Source: Octopus sinensis
Taxonomy: Eukaryota
Direction of reading: 5' to 3'
Length of the DNA: 20,561 bases
Assembly (NCBI RefSeq): GCF_006345805.1
Contig: NW_021823960.1
Coordinates: 1 to 20,561, forward strand
The notes beneath the pieces were generated by a model that was given only the letters and a program-made list of their open reading frames with translations, was not told where the DNA came from and did no database searches. The translations under genes were made by a program, and so were the position numbers. How positions within the stretch are numbered: position 1 is the first letter of the stretch; each line of letters opens with the position of its first letter. Below, piece by piece: positions 8,840 through 19,640 of the stretch.

Positions 8840-9731
8840 CTAGAGAAAAGAGGAAAAACAATGTTAATTGTTGAAAGAAATGTTTGGGTTAGTATTTCTA
8901 GGTATAGAAAACATGTTTTAAGTAAAATATATGTTTGAAGGAGGAGGTATATAAGTAACAGTAGTAAGCAAGAGGCAAAGAATAACCACATCTAAAAGTC
9001 TAACAACTACAACGGATATAGACACAGAAAAATCCATTTACAGAAAAACGATAAACAGTTTTATTTTCAATTTAGTTTTAGAGATTTCAACATGGTTAGC
9101 ATCATTGAATTCAAATGAAGGTCTGAAATCGTAATTACAACTATTTTATTTTTATGAAGTTCAGTATTTATGACGTCAGTGCAGATCCTTTTAATGTCTT
9201 ACTAATTTAGGCATAATTAAATAAAATCTTTAGGAAAATAATATCCTCAGATGCAATATGAAACACAATTTATATATATATATAAATGAATTATAAAGTT
9301 CACATCCTGAAATCATCAAAAGACTCCCAAAGCCTAAAATTCAAAGAAGGAAAACAGTAAAGACATTAAATAGTTCTATAAGTTATAGAAAGTTTTTTTT
9401 TTAAATTATGATGAACATATAAATATCATTTAATGTAAGTTTATTTAAGCGTGTACATTTTAGCTGTACATTTTCCCAATTGAAAAACGGACATATTTTG
9501 ATACAATATTTTACATGAAATTTATACAAATTTTGCAAGGATTGTGCAATCTAAACAGGAACTAACTTCTTATTTTTCTCACTTCACCCATGATTGCAGG
9601 TGTCTTGCACAAATACTATTCGCATATGAACGCTTCCTCGCTACACTAGGGCATTAGTTCTTGTGACAAAAGCATCTATATTCTCAGAAGATAACATAGG
9701 CATCAACAATGCAAACCTGGCTGAAGAACAG

Positions 9732-9734
<3 letters not shown>

Positions 9735-9763
<29 letters not shown>
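9735..9763. repeat. (TA)n microsatellite flanking the RTE 3' end
   Basis: Direct inspection. Confidence 0.95.
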
Positions 9764-9766
<3 letters not shown>

Positions 9767-10617
9767 TCTCCCCGTCTGTCTTGATAGACAATGGGATGCG
9801 CCAAGGGTGGGGCCTACTTTGATGATGTGCAGCGTCTGCTGTGACTGAACAGTCCAATTCTAGAGAGGCAGTCCCTGGTACAGTTGCTGCACACGAACAT
9901 CGATGGGTACGTGTGGGGTGTTGCTGCAGTTGTCCTCCTCCTGGCCCGCCTGTCCGACCACAGCTGTGATCTCCTTTCCTCAGCCATGGAAACGCCTTTC
10001 CTCACTGTCCGACGCCAGGCAGAGCGGTCAGCAGCTGTTACCTCCCACGTGTCCACACAGATGTTGGCAGTCCTCAGGTCGCGCTTGCACACATCCCTGT
10101 ATCGTAGCTGTGGACGTCCCTTGGGTCGGGATCCCGTGGTGAGTTCGCTATACAGGATGTCTTTAGGCATGCGACCGTCCTGCATGCGGCAGACGTGTCC
10201 GAGCCAGCGCAGTCGTCTCCGCACGAGGAGGGCATGCATGCTTGGCATATTAGTCTGTTCTAGGATGACTCCGTTCGGTACTCGGTCCTTCCAGGAGATG
10301 CCAAGGATCCGTCGAAGACACCGCATGTGGAAGCCGCTAAGGCGGCATTCTTGCCGGGTGTATGTTGTTCAGCTCTCGCTGCCGTAGAGTAGGGTGCTCA
10401 GCACGCAGGCTCGGTACACTGCGATCTTGGTGGTTATTGTGAGCATGTTGTTTTCCCACACTCTCCTGGAGAGCTTAGCCATGGCAGCAGCAGCCCTCCC
10501 AATCCGTCTGTTCAGCTCCGGCTCGAGGGACAGGCTGCTGGAGACCGTCGATCCCAGGTAAGTGAACTCGTTCACCACCTGCAAGCTGTGGTCACCGACA
10601 CTGATGCTGGGGACCCC
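9764..10617 (-). mobile_element. RTE-clade LINE, 5'-truncated (thumb/C-terminal region of the ORF plus 3' UTR)
   Basis: Continuous frame [10 protein letters not shown]...[42 protein letters not shown]...RLRWLGHVCRMQDGRMPKDILYSEL..G.RP.GRPQLRYRD...CSNCTRDCLSRIGLFSHSRRC; single TGA at 10369-10371 at the usual Trp position; 3' end reads ...GACGGGGAGAAGA. Confidence 0.95.
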
Positions 10618-10725
10618 ATATATATATGTATAATATATATATATGTATGTATATATTATATATATGTATGTATATATATATATATATGTATGTATATATA
10701 ATATATGTATATATATATATGTATG

Positions 10726-10756
<31 letters not shown>

Positions 10757-11353
10757 GTATGTATATATATATATGTTATATATATATGTATGTTATATAT
10801 ATATATATATATATCTATATATGTATGTATATATATATATATATATGTATGTATATATATGTATATGTATGTATATATATGTATGTGTATATATATATGT
10901 ATGTGTAATATATATGTATGTGTATATATATATGTATGTGTATATTTATATGTATATGTATGTGTATATATATATGTATATGTATGTGTATGTATATATA
11001 TATGTATATGTATATATATATATGTATATGTATGTATTATATATATATGTATATGTATGTATATATATATGTATATATATGTATATATATATATGTATAT
11101 GTATGTATATATATATATGTATATGTATTATATATATATATGTATATGTATGTTATATATATATATATGTATATGTATGTATATATATATATGTATGTAT
11201 ATTATATATATATATGCATGTATATATAATATGTATGTATATATATATATGCATGTATATATATATGTATGTAATATATATATATATGCATGTATATATA
11301 TAATGTATGTATATATATGTATATATATATGTATGTATATATATATATATACG

Positions 11354-11402
<49 letters not shown>

Positions 11403-11470
11403 GTATGTATATATAATATATATATATATACGTATGTATATATATAATATATATATATATATATATGTAT
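10618..11470. repeat. Compound (TA)n/(TATG)n microsatellite
   Basis: Direct inspection; source of several spurious YI/MY-rich ORFs. Confidence 0.97.
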
Positions 11471-11721
11471 GAGAGACCTGCAAGGTGTGGATGCAGATGT
11501 CTTTAAAATGAAACTGGATCTCTTCCTGTCAGGTGTCCCAGATGAACCAACTTCACGGCAGGAGGTGCAAATGAGGGCAGCTGCATCGAACTCTCTCATG
11601 CACCAAATGGCAGTTGCTAAAAAACTTTCGTGAAGTAAAACCAAGTAGCAACACCAAATGGCGGTGCCCCAGCATGGCCACAGCTCATAAGCTGAAACTA
11701 GAATCAATCAATCAATCAATC
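11471..11721 (+). mobile_element. CR1/L2-group LINE family A, copy 2 (3'-most 250 bp)
   Basis: Aligns without gaps to 12280-12530; (AATC)5 tail. Confidence 0.92.
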
Positions 11722-11754
<33 letters not shown>

Positions 11755-11774
11755 TGTATGTATATATATATATA

Positions 11775-12530
11775 TGACCTTTCATGTACATGTTGCTAAA
11801 CTGACAATGAAATGTAGACGGCTGGCTGGATGGATTCTTAGAAACTTTAGAACAAGAGAACAAGAAACGATGATGGTCCTCTGGAAGACACTTGTCCTAA
11901 GCCACTTTGACCACTTTGACTATTGCTCTCAGCTATGGTCACCATCCAGTGTCAAGTTGATCACAGAACTTGAGGCGATCCAACGAAGCTACACAAAGAA
12001 GATAGCCTCTATGCAGAATGTAAGCTACTGGGAAAGACTCAAGAGATTAAAATTATATTCCCTGGAGCGTAGGCGGGAAAGATATGCCATAATATACATC
12101 TGGAAGATCCTGGAGGGAAGTGTCCTGAACTTTGGCATCGAGAGTTACGCAAATGCCAGAACTGGGCGCCACTGCGTGGTGCCTAGGACTCCAAACCTGC
12201 TATCAAGATGTAGGACAAGATTCTGTGATAGCCTGGGCTTCCGAGGCCCACAGCTCTTCAATATCCTCCCGAAGAACCTGAGAGACCTGCATGGGGTGGA
12301 TACAGATGTCTTTAAAATGAAGCTGGATCTCTTCCTGTCAGGTGTCCATGATGAACCAACTTCACGGCAGGAGGGGCAGATGAGGGCAGCTGCATCGAAC
12401 TCTCTCATGCACCAAATAGCAGTTGCTAGAAAGCCTCCATGAAGTGAAACCAAGTAGCAACACCAAATGGCGGTGCCCCAGCATGGCCACAGCTCATAAG
12501 CTGAAACTAGAATCAATCAATCAATCAATC
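11775..12530 (+). mobile_element. CR1/L2-group LINE family A, copy 3 (uninterrupted C-terminal ORF2, 222 aa)
   Basis: CRRLAGWILRNF...DYCSQLWSP...LEAIQRSYTKKI...YWERLKRLKLYSLERRRERYAIIYIWKILEG...[16 protein letters not shown] is typical of the CR1/L2 post-RT region; 9-bp in-frame duplication (11902-11919); (AATC)5 tail. Confidence 0.93.
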
Positions 12531-12797
12531 ATGTATATATATATGTATGTATATATATATATATTATATATATATATATGTGTGTGTGTGTATGCATATA
12601 TATACATACACACACACACATATATATACATATATATATATATATACATACATATATATATATATACATACATATATATATATATATACATACATATATA
12701 TATATATACACATATATATATATATACGTATGTATATATATATATATACATACATATATACATATATTATATATATATATATACATGCATATATATA

Positions 12798-12853
<56 letters not shown>

Positions 12854-12891
12854 CATATATATATACATGCATATATATATATACATACATA
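12531..12891. repeat. Compound (TA)n/(CATA)n/(CA)n microsatellite
   Basis: Direct inspection. Confidence 0.97.
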
Positions 12892-13140
12892 TCTCTTATT
12901 ATAAAAGGCAGATTTTATCTGCCTCCCTTTGGGAGTTATACAAATCTACAATATAGGATTCTTCAATTACAATTTACCTAGCATTTTTGAGAGTACAATG
13001 CATCGCGTCATGCCAGGTCCAGTTTTTAAAATTTAAACTCCAATTAAGCAAAATTTACAGAAAACTCACATTCTGGTGTGTGTGTCAAATGCTTTTCTTA
13101 GTCTGGTTTACACCACACGCAAACGCACACACACAGTGGG
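12892..13140 (+). mobile_element. Possible Helitron-like 5' fragment
   Basis: Starts A|TCTCTTATTATAAA, like the Helitron starts at 14062 and 17521; has hairpins AGGCAGAT-TTT-ATCTGCCT and CTCCC-TTT-GGGAG; no 3' CTAG end found, so the right boundary is arbitrary. Confidence 0.35.
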
Positions 13141-13305
13141 CAACGAATAAAATGAAAGTAAATAGCGACAGAGTGATTTGAGGAAGACTAAAGTGAAAGT
13201 ATTCTGTCTATGACGCTGATAGATACATGAGTAAAATGTATGGGAAGCTAAAAGCTAAGAGTGAGTGAAAATGTTCTTGGAAGAGAGTAATTAGTAATAA
13301 AGTAA

Positions 13306-13625
13306 ACATACACTCATACATACATACATACATACATACATACATACGTACATACATACACACACACACACACATACACACACACACACATACATACATA
13401 CACACATACATACATACATATATATACATACATACATATATATACATACATACATATACATACATACATACACACACACACATACACACACACACAGTAT
13501 TGAAGCTTGAGAACAATCAAATACATTTGCAACACATCTGTTGAAAATATTATTGTTCACACACATACATATACATATATACATATATATATACATACAT
13601 ATATACATACACACACACACACACA
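13306..13625. repeat. (CATA)n/(CA)n microsatellites with a short unique spacer (13498-13555)
   Basis: Direct inspection. Confidence 0.93.
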
Positions 13626-13629
13626 TGAT

Positions 13630-13673
13630 CCAGCATGGCCACAACCTCAAGGCTGAAACATATAAAAGAATAA
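13630..13673 (+). mobile_element. Isolated SINE/LINE 3' tail remnant
   Basis: CCAGCATGGCCACA-ACCTCAAG-GCTGAAAC-ATATAAAAGAATAA matches the family A 3' terminus (14+8 nt identical) but has a different A-rich tail. Confidence 0.7.
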
Positions 13674-13690
13674 CAGAATATAAATGTGTG

Positions 13691-14043
13691 CAAAGTACAA
13701 GAAATATTAATGCAGTATATAGGGATTGGACAATAAGCGTAAGGCAGTGTCAATGGTGGTTCTAGAAATCCGAGCCATAAACTACAGCCTAGAAGACGAG
13801 CCTCATCCTGAAAGATCTGTAGAACTCGACAAGGACATCCTGAAAACCCTGGTGGAACAAAATATCATCGTAACTGTTGAGGAACTAGCAGAGAAGCTTG
13901 GATTTGGTCATTCAACCATTCATTGACACCTGTGTGCTATCGGAAAAGTCAGCAAATTGGGTCAATGGGTTCCTCACGAACTTTCCGAGTCTAATTGCAT
14001 GCAGAGAGTGAATGTATGCTTTTCTTTGCTGTCATATCTCACC
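13691..14043 (+). pseudogene. Mariner (Tc1/mariner) transposase fragment, N-terminal HTH region to WVPHEL motif
   Basis: STRNINAVYRDWTISVRQCQWWF* /frameshift/ YSLEDEPHPERSVELDKDILKTLVEQNIIVTVEELAEKLGFGHSTIH*HLCAIGKVSKLGQWVPHELSESNCMQRVNVC; the WVPHEL motif is diagnostic of mariner; no TIRs seen. Confidence 0.9.
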
Positions 14044-14061
14044 ACTACTGCGCTATGTATA

Positions 14062-14696
14062 TCTCTATATATAAAACTGTAGTTGTGTGAGTGTCTGTCC
14101 CCTTCGATTTAGATTCCTAACTACTCCCACATTTTGCGGTACAGTTTAACCAAATTCGGGTAGCTTATAGTCGTGATTCATATCGAGCCCGTCTGAATAT
14201 TAGCGCGCGTCTACGATGAGTCTACGATTTTAAAAATAATTTAACATCATTTTTTATTCCATTTTAATGCATAATTTTTCGTGTGTCGATGGCGGCGGAG
14301 TTGGCGTCCACGCTCACACCTGCACCTGTGGGGAAGGGAGTGTAGGAAATCAACGTCGTAATGCGTTGTCAAGGAGACCAGTGTTCTTTTAGAACAACGA
14401 CTTCATGGCTTGAAGACACCAAAACAGAAATGGCTAAGAAAGCGTCTACATGAGTCTACGATTTTAAAAAAAAATTACCATCGTGTTTTTCCATTTTAAT
14501 GCATTTTTTCGCTATTATATAAGGGAAGTAACTCTCTAAAAATGTCTACGATGAGTCAACGATTTAAAAAAAAATTTACCATCATATTTTTTCCATTTTT
14601 AATGCATTTTTTGCTATTTTTTGGCTATAACTCTCTAAAAATGCTTATATAGTTATTTCCCTTACAAATCCGAGCAACGCCGGGCGATACTGCTAG
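14062..14696 (+). mobile_element. Non-autonomous Helitron
   Basis: Inserted between A and T; 5' TC; 3' hairpin (T)CCG-AGCAACGC-CGGG then CTAG (14693-14696); three internal repeats beginning GTCTAC(G)ATGAGTC.ACGATTT.AAAAA; no TSD. Confidence 0.8.
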
Positions 14697-14928
14697 TATA
14701 TATATATATACATACATATACATATATATATATATACATACATATACATATATATATATATACATACATATACATATATATATACACATACATATACATA
14801 TATATATATATACACATACATATACATATATATATATACACATACATATATATATATATATACACATACATATACATACATACATATATATATATATACA
14901 TACATATATATATATACATACATATATA

Positions 14929-14999
<71 letters not shown>

Positions 15000-15108
15000 A
15001 CATACATATATATACATATATATATATACATACATACATATATATATATATACATACACATACATATATATATATATATACATACACATACATACATATA
15101 TAATATAT

Positions 15109-15141
<33 letters not shown>

Positions 15142-15147
15142 CATACA
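14697..15147. repeat. Compound (TA)n/(CATA)n microsatellite
   Basis: Direct inspection. Confidence 0.97.
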
Positions 15148-16393
15148 TTTGATTTCAGTAAGGCCTTCGATAGGGTCGATCACAAGATACTATTGAAAAA
15201 ACTATCCAACATTGGTGTCTCTGGAAAGTTACTGAAATGGATCAAGTGTTTCCTGACAGACAGATCTCAACATGTTGTAGTTGAAGGGGTAAAATCAAGC
15301 CCAGCCAAAGTCAGTAGTGGCGTTCCGCAAGGCACTGTGCTGGGCCCACTTCTTTTCATCATTTACATTAATGACATTAACGACATCATCAAGCACAGCA
15401 ACATAAAACTTTTTGCAGATGATTCCAAGCTACAGAAGGTCATAAATGAGGCGAGTGACCGGACATGCCTTCAGTCAGATCTACTGGCTGTTATCCAATG
15501 GGCAGAAAAAAACAATATGCTGCTGAACGAGGATAAATCTGAGTTAATCCACTTTGGAAAAGAGGATGCCCTGAAACTCCCATACTCCCTTCCTTCAGGT
15601 GAAACTCTCGCGGCGTCCAACAACATCAGAGACTTGGGTAATTGTGGACAACAACATAAGCTGGGCCACTCATATAAACACCAAAGTTGACATGGCCCGC
15701 AGAATGTGTTCCTGGATTCTCAGAACTTTCCAGTCGAGAGATATCCACACCCATTATCCTTCTCTTCTCCACTTTTGCCCGACCCCACCTTGAATACTGT
15801 TGTCCACTGTGGTCTCCCCACACAATACAAGGTATCATAAAAGTTGAAGCAACTCAAAGGGCAATCACAAAAAAGATAGATGGCATGACAGGCCTCGACT
15901 ATTGGGGTCGACTAGAAAAGCTAAAACTTTATTCTCTCCAACGTCGTCGTGAGCGCTACATCATCTGCATGATGTGGAAATATTCCATCAGCATTGCCCA
16001 AATGATGTTGGCATCACCTTTAAGTACAAATCGAAGGCTTGGACCCCGCGCCATCCCCCCAACAAAAATCGCACTCTCATCTCATAACAACAATACGGCA
16101 CAATTATTTCACCTCAATTGGCCCCGCTCTCTTTAACATTACACACAACAAACACACATTAAAACGGAAACTGACCCTATAGGGTTCAAGAAGTCTTTAG
16201 ACAGATTCTTTCAAGAAATCCCGGATAAACCCCATACACCCGGATATGTCTCTGTAAACAATAACTCTCTACTTGAGTGGGCCATAGTGCCCAAATTCTG
16301 ACTTGAAAGACTTCACCAGTGGTGCTATTAAGTTAGAACATGGCCTGGGCCAATAATGGCCGAAACCTATCAAATCAGTATCAAAGTATCAAG

Positions 16394-16395
<2 letters not shown>
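15148..16395 (+). mobile_element. CR1/L2-group LINE family B, copy 1 (RT domain to 3' end, frameshifted)
   Basis: [12 protein letters not shown]...[20 protein letters not shown]...KLFADD... followed after frameshifts by RPHLEYCCPLWSP...LYSLQRRRERYII; ends with a stem-loop, GAAAC and a TATCAAAG-like tail. Confidence 0.93.
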
Positions 16396-16427
<32 letters not shown>

Positions 16428-16531
16428 AATATATATATATAAAAATATAATATATATATATATAATATATATATATAAAATATATATATAATAAAATATA
16501 TATATAAATATATATATATATATAAAATATA

Positions 16532-16584
<53 letters not shown>

Positions 16585-16842
16585 AATATATATATATATA
16601 AATATATATATATAAATATATATATTAAATATATATATATAAATATATATATATAAATATATATATATAAATATATATTATAAATATATATATTAATATA
16701 TATATATAATATATATATAATAAATATATATAATAAATATATATATATATATAAATATATAATATATATAATAAATATATATATATATATATAAATATAT
16801 ATATATATAAAATATATATATATAAATATATACATTATATAA

Positions 16843-16873
<31 letters not shown>

Positions 16874-17207
16874 AATATATATATATATAAATATATATAA
16901 TATAATATATATATATATATATATATATAAATAATTATATAAACAAATATATATATATATATAAATATATATATATAAATATATATATATACAAATATAT
17001 ATATATAATATATATATAAATATATATATTACAAATATATTATATATATAAATATATATATATATATAATATATATATATACAAATATATATATATATAT
17101 ATAAATATATATATATAAAAATATAATATATATATAATATATATATAAATATATATATATACAAATATATATATATATATATATAAATATATATATTACA
17201 TATAACA

Positions 17208-17246
<39 letters not shown>

Positions 17247-17260
17247 TATATATACTATCT

Positions 17261-17301
<41 letters not shown>

Positions 17302-17351
17302 TATATCTATACAAATATATATATATATAATATATATAAATATATATCTAT

Positions 17352-17392
<41 letters not shown>

Positions 17393-17462
17393 ATAAATAT
17401 ATATATATACAAATATATATATATATATATAAGTATATATATATATATATATATATATATAA

Positions 17463-17512
<50 letters not shown>

Positions 17513-17520
17513 AATATATA
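16396..17520. repeat. Long degenerate (TA)n tract
   Basis: About 1.1 kb of almost pure A/T with irregular interruptions; may include consensus noise. Confidence 0.95.
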
Positions 17521-17907
17521 TCTCTCCTATATATAAACGGGCAGTTTGTCTGTGCGGGTTCTGTGTGTCTGTTTGCTTGTACCCTCACTCTGACCACGGC
17601 TTTCAAACCGATTCTGATGAAACTTGACACACACATAGCCCAATGTCATAATTCAAAACTAACGCAGCGAAAATTTTGAAAAGTTCCCCCAGTTCAGAAA
17701 AAGATCGGTAAATTCGACATGGTGTCGACAATCAAAACACACACCGCAGATGGTCTAGGGGACGTAACTCGGCCTTTTTAACTATCAAAAAAAAATTTAC
17801 CATCATTTTTTCCCATTTTTTTTGCTATTTTTGGGCTATAAACTCTCTAAAAGTGCTTTATAGTTATTTCCCTTACAAACCCGAGCAACGCCGGGCGATA
17901 CTGCTAT
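17521..17907 (+). mobile_element. Non-autonomous Helitron, second subtype
   Basis: A|TC start; terminal 48 nt (17859-17906) are 47/48 identical to 14648-14695, including the CCCG-AGCAACGC-CGGG hairpin; ends CTAT rather than CTAG; 5' half unrelated to the 14062 copy. Confidence 0.75.
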
Positions 17908-17909
17908 AT

Positions 17910-17947
<38 letters not shown>

Positions 17948-17961
17948 TAATATATATATAT
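17908..17961. repeat. TA-rich microsatellite
   Basis: Direct inspection. Confidence 0.9.
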
Positions 17962-19184
17962 AAAGTCGATCATGGAATGATATGTCACAAACTGCGTGAT
18001 CTTGGCATAGTTGGAAAATTGGGAGAATGGCTTCATGACTTTCTAGAATAGAAGTCAGGTGGCCACTTCCATTAACACGCAAATAATGAGCGGTGTTCCG
18101 CAGGGCACTGTTTTGGGACCACTACTGTTCATAATGGCCCTCTCAGACATGCCCTCAGCCACGCAGAGAGCCACGATCACAAGTTATGCAGATGATACAA
18201 AAGTTTCACAGGCAATGCAGAACCCTGAGGACACTAAGCACCTGCAATGTGAGCTGGACGAAATATACAAGTGGGCTGAAAAGAATAGCATGCAGTTGAA
18301 TGCTGAAAAGTTTCAAGCTTTATACTATCAGCATGCAAAACTGAATGCAATACCCATTGAATACACTGGACCGGAGGAGGGATTGCAATCCCAGAGGCAC
18401 AATGAGTGCGTGACCTGGGTATTCACATGAGTGATGACGCGACCTTTCATGTACATGTTGCTAAACTGGCAATGAAATGTAGACGGCTGGCTGGATGGAT
18501 CCTTAGAACCTTCAGAACAAGAGAACAAGAAACCATGATGGTCCTCTGGAAGACACTTGTCCTAAGCCACTTTGGCTATTGCTCTCAGCTATGGTCACCA
18601 TCCGGTGTCAAGATGATCACAGAATTTGAGGCGATCCAACGAAGCTACACGAAGAAGATAGCCTCTGTGCAGCATATGAGCTACTGGGAAAGACTCAAGA
18701 GATTAAAGCTCTATTCCCTGGAGCGTAGGCGAGAAAGATATGCCACAATATATCTGGAAGATCTTGGAAGGACTTGTCCCAACTTTGGCATCGAGAGTCA
18801 CACAAATGCCAGACCCGGCGCACTGCATAGTACCAAGGACTCCAAATTTGCCATCAAGATGTAGGACAAGATATTTGTGATAGCCTGGGCTTCAGAGGCC
18901 CAAGCCCTTCAATATACTCCCAAAGAACCTGAGGGACCTGCATGCTGTATATGCGGATGTCTTTAAAGTAGGACTGGACCTCTTCCTGTCAGGTGTCCCG
19001 GATGACCAAAGCTTCACGGCAGGAGGTGCAGATGAGGGCCCTCGCATCGAACTCTCTCATGCATCAGATGGCGTTTGCTAAAAATCATCCGTGAGGTAAA
19101 ATCGTGTAGCAAACAATATGGCGGTGCCCCAGCATGGCCACAGCTCATTAGCTGAAACTGGAAAAATCAAAATCAAAATCAATC
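17962..19184 (+). mobile_element. CR1/L2-group LINE family A, copy 4 (RT domain to 3' end, disrupted)
   Basis: KVDHGMICHKLRDLGIVGKLGEWLHDFL...[14 protein letters not shown]...SYADDTK...; colinear with copy 3 from about 18440; several frameshifts; (A)AAATC tail. Confidence 0.92.
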
Positions 19185-19463
19185 ATAAATATATATATAT
19201 ATATATATATATATCTATATAAATATATATATATATATAAATATATATATAAATATATATATATATAAATATCTATATCTATATATATATATATATAAAT
19301 ATCTATATCTATTCTATATATATATATAGAAAATATCTCATAGATATATATATATATATAATTTATATATAAATATCTATATATATATATATATAAATAT
19401 CTATATATATATATATATATAAATATCTATATCATATATATAATATATATATATATAAATATC

Positions 19464-19495
<32 letters not shown>

Positions 19496-19640
19496 TCTAT
19501 ATATATATATATATAAATATCTATATCTATATATATATATATAAATATCTATATCTATATATATATATAAATATAAATATCTATATATATATATATATAT
19601 TAATATATATTATATATAAATACCTATATATATATATAAT
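19185..19640. repeat. TA tract with higher-order ATAAATATCT(AT)n unit
   Basis: The AAATATCTAT interruption recurs more than 10 times. Confidence 0.9.

Noticed and set aside
8788-8991. Signal-peptide-like hydrophobic ORF (MWLFFASCLLLLL...)
   Set aside because: Hydrophobicity follows from the T-rich strand; it overlaps the branch point and polypyrimidine tract of the candidate exon in a different frame.
9884-10387. Plus-strand 167-aa and 79-aa ORFs
   Set aside because: Antisense shadows of the GC-rich RTE coding sequence.
12490-12510. LINE 3' stem-loop plus GAAAC read as a hammerhead half
   Set aside because: No upstream CUGANGA core and no helix III or NUH triplet in any of the six copies.
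10626-17636. Numerous long ORFs rich in Y, I, M, V, C, H, T
   Set aside because: They are translations of (TA)n/(TATG)n/(CA)n microsatellites, which lack stop codons in several frames.
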